A stretch of DNA of 10,836 nt from an uncultured Methanosarcinales archaeon (GTDB lineage: Archaea; Nanobdellota; Nanobdellia; Woesearchaeales; JAGVZT01), in contig CAYQPU010000038.1 in the NCBI GenBank assembly GCA_964419615.1, forward strand, positions 1 to 10,836. The letters run 5' to 3'. Shown here one piece after another: positions 7,946-10,836 of the stretch. Each line of letters starts with the position of its first letter. Positions within the stretch are counted from its first letter, which is position 1. The translations under genes and the position numbers were made by a program. The notes under the pieces are model-generated. The model made no database searches. It was given only the letters and a program-made list of their open reading frames with translations, and had not been told where the DNA came from.

Positions 7946-8382
7946 AAATCCTAAATACTCGGGATGTTAAGGAAATTATTAAACTTATTGAGAGTCAGTG
8001 GGGTGCTAAACTTAAGTTGGATCTAGCTTTTCTGCAAAAAAAGGAAAAGATTTATGTTATAACTAGAGATCTAGGAAATATTGATTATTCTTTGTTAAGA
8101 ATTAATAATGTTGGTTTGTATTTTGGACAGGTTAGAAATAATGAAATTAGACTTAGTATTGAAGGTTCACAGATTGTTGGTCCATTAGCTAACAAGAATG
8201 TTTTAAAGGTCAGTGATCAAGAATTTGAGAGTTGGATTTCTGGTGAGGATTTGGAGGTTAATTCTAAGAATCATGCTTTTGTTTTATTAAAACATAATAA
8301 TGATTTTGTTGGTTGCGGGAAACATATTGGAAATAAGGTTTTGAATTATGTTCCAAAGGGTAGAAGAGTTCAGTTGGTGTAG
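7942..8382 (+). CDS. NIP7/RsmF-C-terminal-like PUA-domain RNA-binding protein
   Basis: Motifs GLYFG, IRLSIEGSQIVG, W..GEDL, GCGK and NYVPKGRR resemble the pre-PUA/PUA module of the NIP7 and RsmF C-terminal families. I prefer the ATG at 7942, which forms an ATGA overlap with the infB stop (7943-7945), over the track's GTG at 7933. Confidence 0.75.
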   Translation: MKILNTRDVKEIIKLIESQWGAKLKLDLAFLQKKEKIYVITRDLGNIDYSLLRINNVGLYFGQVRNNEIRLSIEGSQIVGPLANKNVLKVSDQEFESWISGEDLEVNSKNHAFVLLKHNNDFVGCGKHIGNKVLNYVPKGRRVQLV

Positions 8383-10739
8383 ACTGGTTGGACCTGGAAG
8401 GTTGCTTCATCCAACATTGGTTTATCTTCTTTTTCAACTGGTACTACATAAACACACGGGATTTGATCGTATCTATCCCTGAAATGATTTCTTAATCTTC
8501 GGACCAGTTTTCCACTTCCAGTTAATCTGAAATAGTCATTAATATTTACTAGTCGCACTCCCTGTTCTAGTATTTCTTTTAGTATTTTTTTACTTACATA
8601 AACATTAACATGGTCGAGGTTTTTTTGTTCTCCAAAAACAGCACGTGGTATTGTTCTTAGCATTTCTGCACCAATGTCTCCACCATAATTCTCCCATAAA
8701 GGATATATCTTATTCCAATTATCTCCCGACATCTTCATTAAATCTTTGCTTTTATAGCCTTGAGAAAGTGTCATTATTATTTCTAACTCTGGATCTCTTT
8801 CATAATCAGTGATTAAGGTGCCAGATTTGAAATCCTTATCCATGTTTAGACCAACTTGTTCACCAATAACACTGGCAACATAAGGAATAAACGGACTTGC
8901 AAGCTGGGCAAATGCTTGCCAATATCTTTTAACAATATTTCTGTTTACTTTTTCTCCAGATCGTTCTTTCATAGAATGATACTGTTGAATGTCTTCAAGA
9001 ATACTTCCCTCATCAAAGAATAATTCTTCATATGCTTTATGAAGTCTTAGATCGGCAACAAATTCTAAAGATTTTTCCATTCTTACCATTACTCTTGACA
9101 TTAACCATTTGTCAATATCATCTTCAACAGGAGGTCTTCCTCTTCCAGTTGGACCTAATTCTACAAATAAATCATACACCCATGCAACCCTTTCACCAAA
9201 ATTTTTCAGGTGACGCTGATCAAATTTAAGATTTTGAGTAGGATTTTCTTTTCCAAGCAAGTAGAGTCTTGCAATATCTGCTGAACTTTTTGTTATACTT
9301 AAACCTTGGCTTGCTAATCTTCTAGCTCCACCATTTTCAGCAAGCTCTAATAATTCATCAATAGATACTGCATTTCCAAATGTCTTGCCCATTTTTCTTC
9401 CTTGTGTGTCTTGAACAGTTCCATAAGCAAGCAGAGCAGTTTGCATTAAATGTCCTAAATCTAAAGCTGCAATTTGCATATTACTAAATAATGCATGAGC
9501 TTCACTATGATCCCATCCCATTATGTTTATCCAGTCTCCAAATCTTGTGTGTAATTCCTGTTTTATTTCTCTAAGTGTTGAAGTGTGGACACTAGTCTTA
9601 GTTTGTAATCGTCTTCTTAAATTCAGAGGATTAATATCTAATTCTCTAAGTTGATCATCTGTTCTCAACATATAGTCAAAAAACTCTCCTTCAATCTTAT
9701 CTGCAGGAAGTCTACCTTCATGAATTGCCTGTGCTATCACATACATAAAGAAGTAACCATTACTATCCATTAACGGACCTATCACAAGAGGGAAATCTGG
9801 ATCAGAAAATCTGCTTGGTGTTCCAAGTGCGGCAGTATAGTCTCTTTGAACATTTTTTGGCTTTCTACTTGCAAATAAAGAATGGATGCTGTTTTTGTAA
9901 GTATGAGGGAGAATTAATGTACCATTTTGTCTTACTAGCGAGCTAGTTAAATCTGCAAGAGTTTGTCCGTTTTCTAATTGGGCATTATATATGATTTTCC
10001 ATCCTTCAGATAAAACAACCTCTAACTGGTGATTTCTATGACCTGTTACTTTACAATTAACTGGACCTTTGAATTTTCTATCTCCTTTTGGTCCAACAAC
10101 TTTAATGTGGTCAATGTTAGCTGCCAGGACTTCATCCATATCAGAGGTAATTTCTTTTGTGCTATCACATAAAGAACAATAACCCATCTCAGCCTGGACA
10201 AAATCAATAAAACCTTTTTCAAATAAACTATCTACCCACCATTCTGTAAATCTTTGATACCATGGTGTGATTGTTGTTAGAAAAGTTTCATCAAATTGAG
10301 ATGTATCCACATTATACATGTCCAAATATCCAATTAAACCCATACCAACATAATGTACAAAGTCAAGTGCTGCTTCATGTACAAAGCCTGCCTGTTCTGT
10401 TCCTTCTGAATTTGCATAGTCTGCTGCAATATCTTGTATATGAGGCAAAGTTTCTACTAATTTATCTAAATCAGCAGCTTCCCAGTGAAATGCTTCGGAA
10501 TCACTTGTGCCATAGGCAAGATCTGCTAAAACTGCTTCTACATGACTAAAAGAAGGAAATCCAGTTGGATGCATACCAAATGGGAAAAAAGTATCATAAC
10601 CTGCTAAATTTGAAACTCTTGATAGAAAATCTTGAATTAACAGCCCTCTAAGGTTGCCTATGTGAATTTTCTTTTTACTAGGCGTAGGATAAGCTGAGAT
10701 AATTGTTTTATACAGTTTAGCAATAATTTCCTGTAACAT
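8370..10739 (-). CDS. Highly divergent archaeal-type leucyl-tRNA synthetase-like protein (class Ia), lacking the CP1 editing domain
   Basis: HIGN at residues 26-29 and KMGKT at 449-453. Collinear LeuRS-like blocks: FPFGMHPTGFP, TT.TPWYQRFTEW, ALGTP...VIGPLMDSNGY, GRLPADKIEGEFFDY, GWDHSEAH, SADIARLY, DIDKWLMSR and LASPFIPY. An in-frame TAA lies 6 codons upstream of the ATG, so the ORF is complete within the window. Confidence 0.85.
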   Translation of the reverse strand: MLQEIIAKLYKTIISAYPTPSKKKIHIGNLRGLLIQDFLSRVSNLAGYDTFFPFGMHPTGFPSFSHVEAVLADLAYGTSDSEAFHWEAADLDKLVETLPHIQDIAADYANSEGTEQAGFVHEAALDFVHYVGMGLIGYLDMYNVDTSQFDETFLTTITPWYQRFTEWWVDSLFEKGFIDFVQAEMGYCSLCDSTKEITSDMDEVLAANIDHIKVVGPKGDRKFKGPVNCKVTGHRNHQLEVVLSEGWKIIYNAQLENGQTLADLTSSLVRQNGTLILPHTYKNSIHSLFASRKPKNVQRDYTAALGTPSRFSDPDFPLVIGPLMDSNGYFFMYVIAQAIHEGRLPADKIEGEFFDYMLRTDDQLRELDINPLNLRRRLQTKTSVHTSTLREIKQELHTRFGDWINIMGWDHSEAHALFSNMQIAALDLGHLMQTALLAYGTVQDTQGRKMGKTFGNAVSIDELLELAENGGARRLASQGLSITKSSADIARLYLLGKENPTQNLKFDQRHLKNFGERVAWVYDLFVELGPTGRGRPPVEDDIDKWLMSRVMVRMEKSLEFVADLRLHKAYEELFFDEGSILEDIQQYHSMKERSGEKVNRNIVKRYWQAFAQLASPFIPYVASVIGEQVGLNMDKDFKSGTLITDYERDPELEIIMTLSQGYKSKDLMKMSGDNWNKIYPLWENYGGDIGAEMLRTIPRAVFGEQKNLDHVNVYVSKKILKEILEQGVRLVNINDYFRLTGSGKLVRRLRNHFRDRYDQIPCVYVVPVEKEDKPMLDEATFQVQPVYTN

Positions 10740-10761
10740 TTTAAAAGGTAAATTTTAATGT

Positions 10762-10769
10762 TATTTAAA
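10762..10769 (-). promoter_or_regulatory. Putative TATA box for the LeuRS-like gene (leaderless)
   Basis: Minus strand TTTAAATA starting 30 nt upstream of the ATG; no SD motif. Confidence 0.5.
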
Positions 10770-10836
10770 CCTTACTACTCTTAAATGATAAAATTCACAT
10801 AAATTAATGTAATTAGATCACATAATGACTATCTAT

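Noticed and set aside
9032-10549. Plus-strand ORFs 9032-9229 and 10271-10549
   Set aside because: Antisense to the LeuRS-like gene with no independent support.
8370-10739. Reading the last gene as a pseudogene, or as IleRS, ValRS or MetRS
   Set aside because: It has 789 uninterrupted codons, a promoter and both ATP-binding motifs. The recognisable blocks (FP.G.H.TG.P, L.DS..Y, EFFDY, G.D....H) match archaeal LeuRS best. Only a phylogeny can fully settle the assignment.
1-10836. tRNA, rRNA, CRISPR array, transposase or integrase
   Set aside because: Intergenic gaps are at most about 140 bp and AT-rich, with no cloverleaf, repeat-spacer periodicity, terminal inverted repeats or recombinase motifs seen.

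Overview
Gene-dense, AT-rich archaeal chromosomal segment. Archaeal origin is shown by topoisomerase VI A/B, aIF5B, a Dim2-type KH protein and TATA-box promoters; a DPANN/Woesearchaeota-like host is my inference from the compact layout and lineage-type hypothetical proteins. Gene order: top6A (minus, cut by the window edge and missing from the ORF track), top6B, KH/Dim2, a small Cys4 TRASH-like zinc protein, mscL, a stand-alone mre11-like nuclease, a hypothetical protein, a cupin, infB (aIF5B), a NIP7/RsmF-C-like PUA protein, and a 789-aa class Ia aminoacyl-tRNA-synthetase-like gene on the minus strand. The last gene is the stand-out. It aligns by eye with archaeal LeuRS along its length but has no CP1 editing domain, has variant signature motifs (HIGN, KMGKT), a remodelled amino-acid pocket, a strongly acidic N-terminal segment and a lower Lys content than Top6B. 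It is either a proofreading-less LeuRS or a repurposed LeuRS paralog. I found no rRNA, tRNA, CRISPR array or mobile element. All comparisons with known proteins are from memory; no searches were run.
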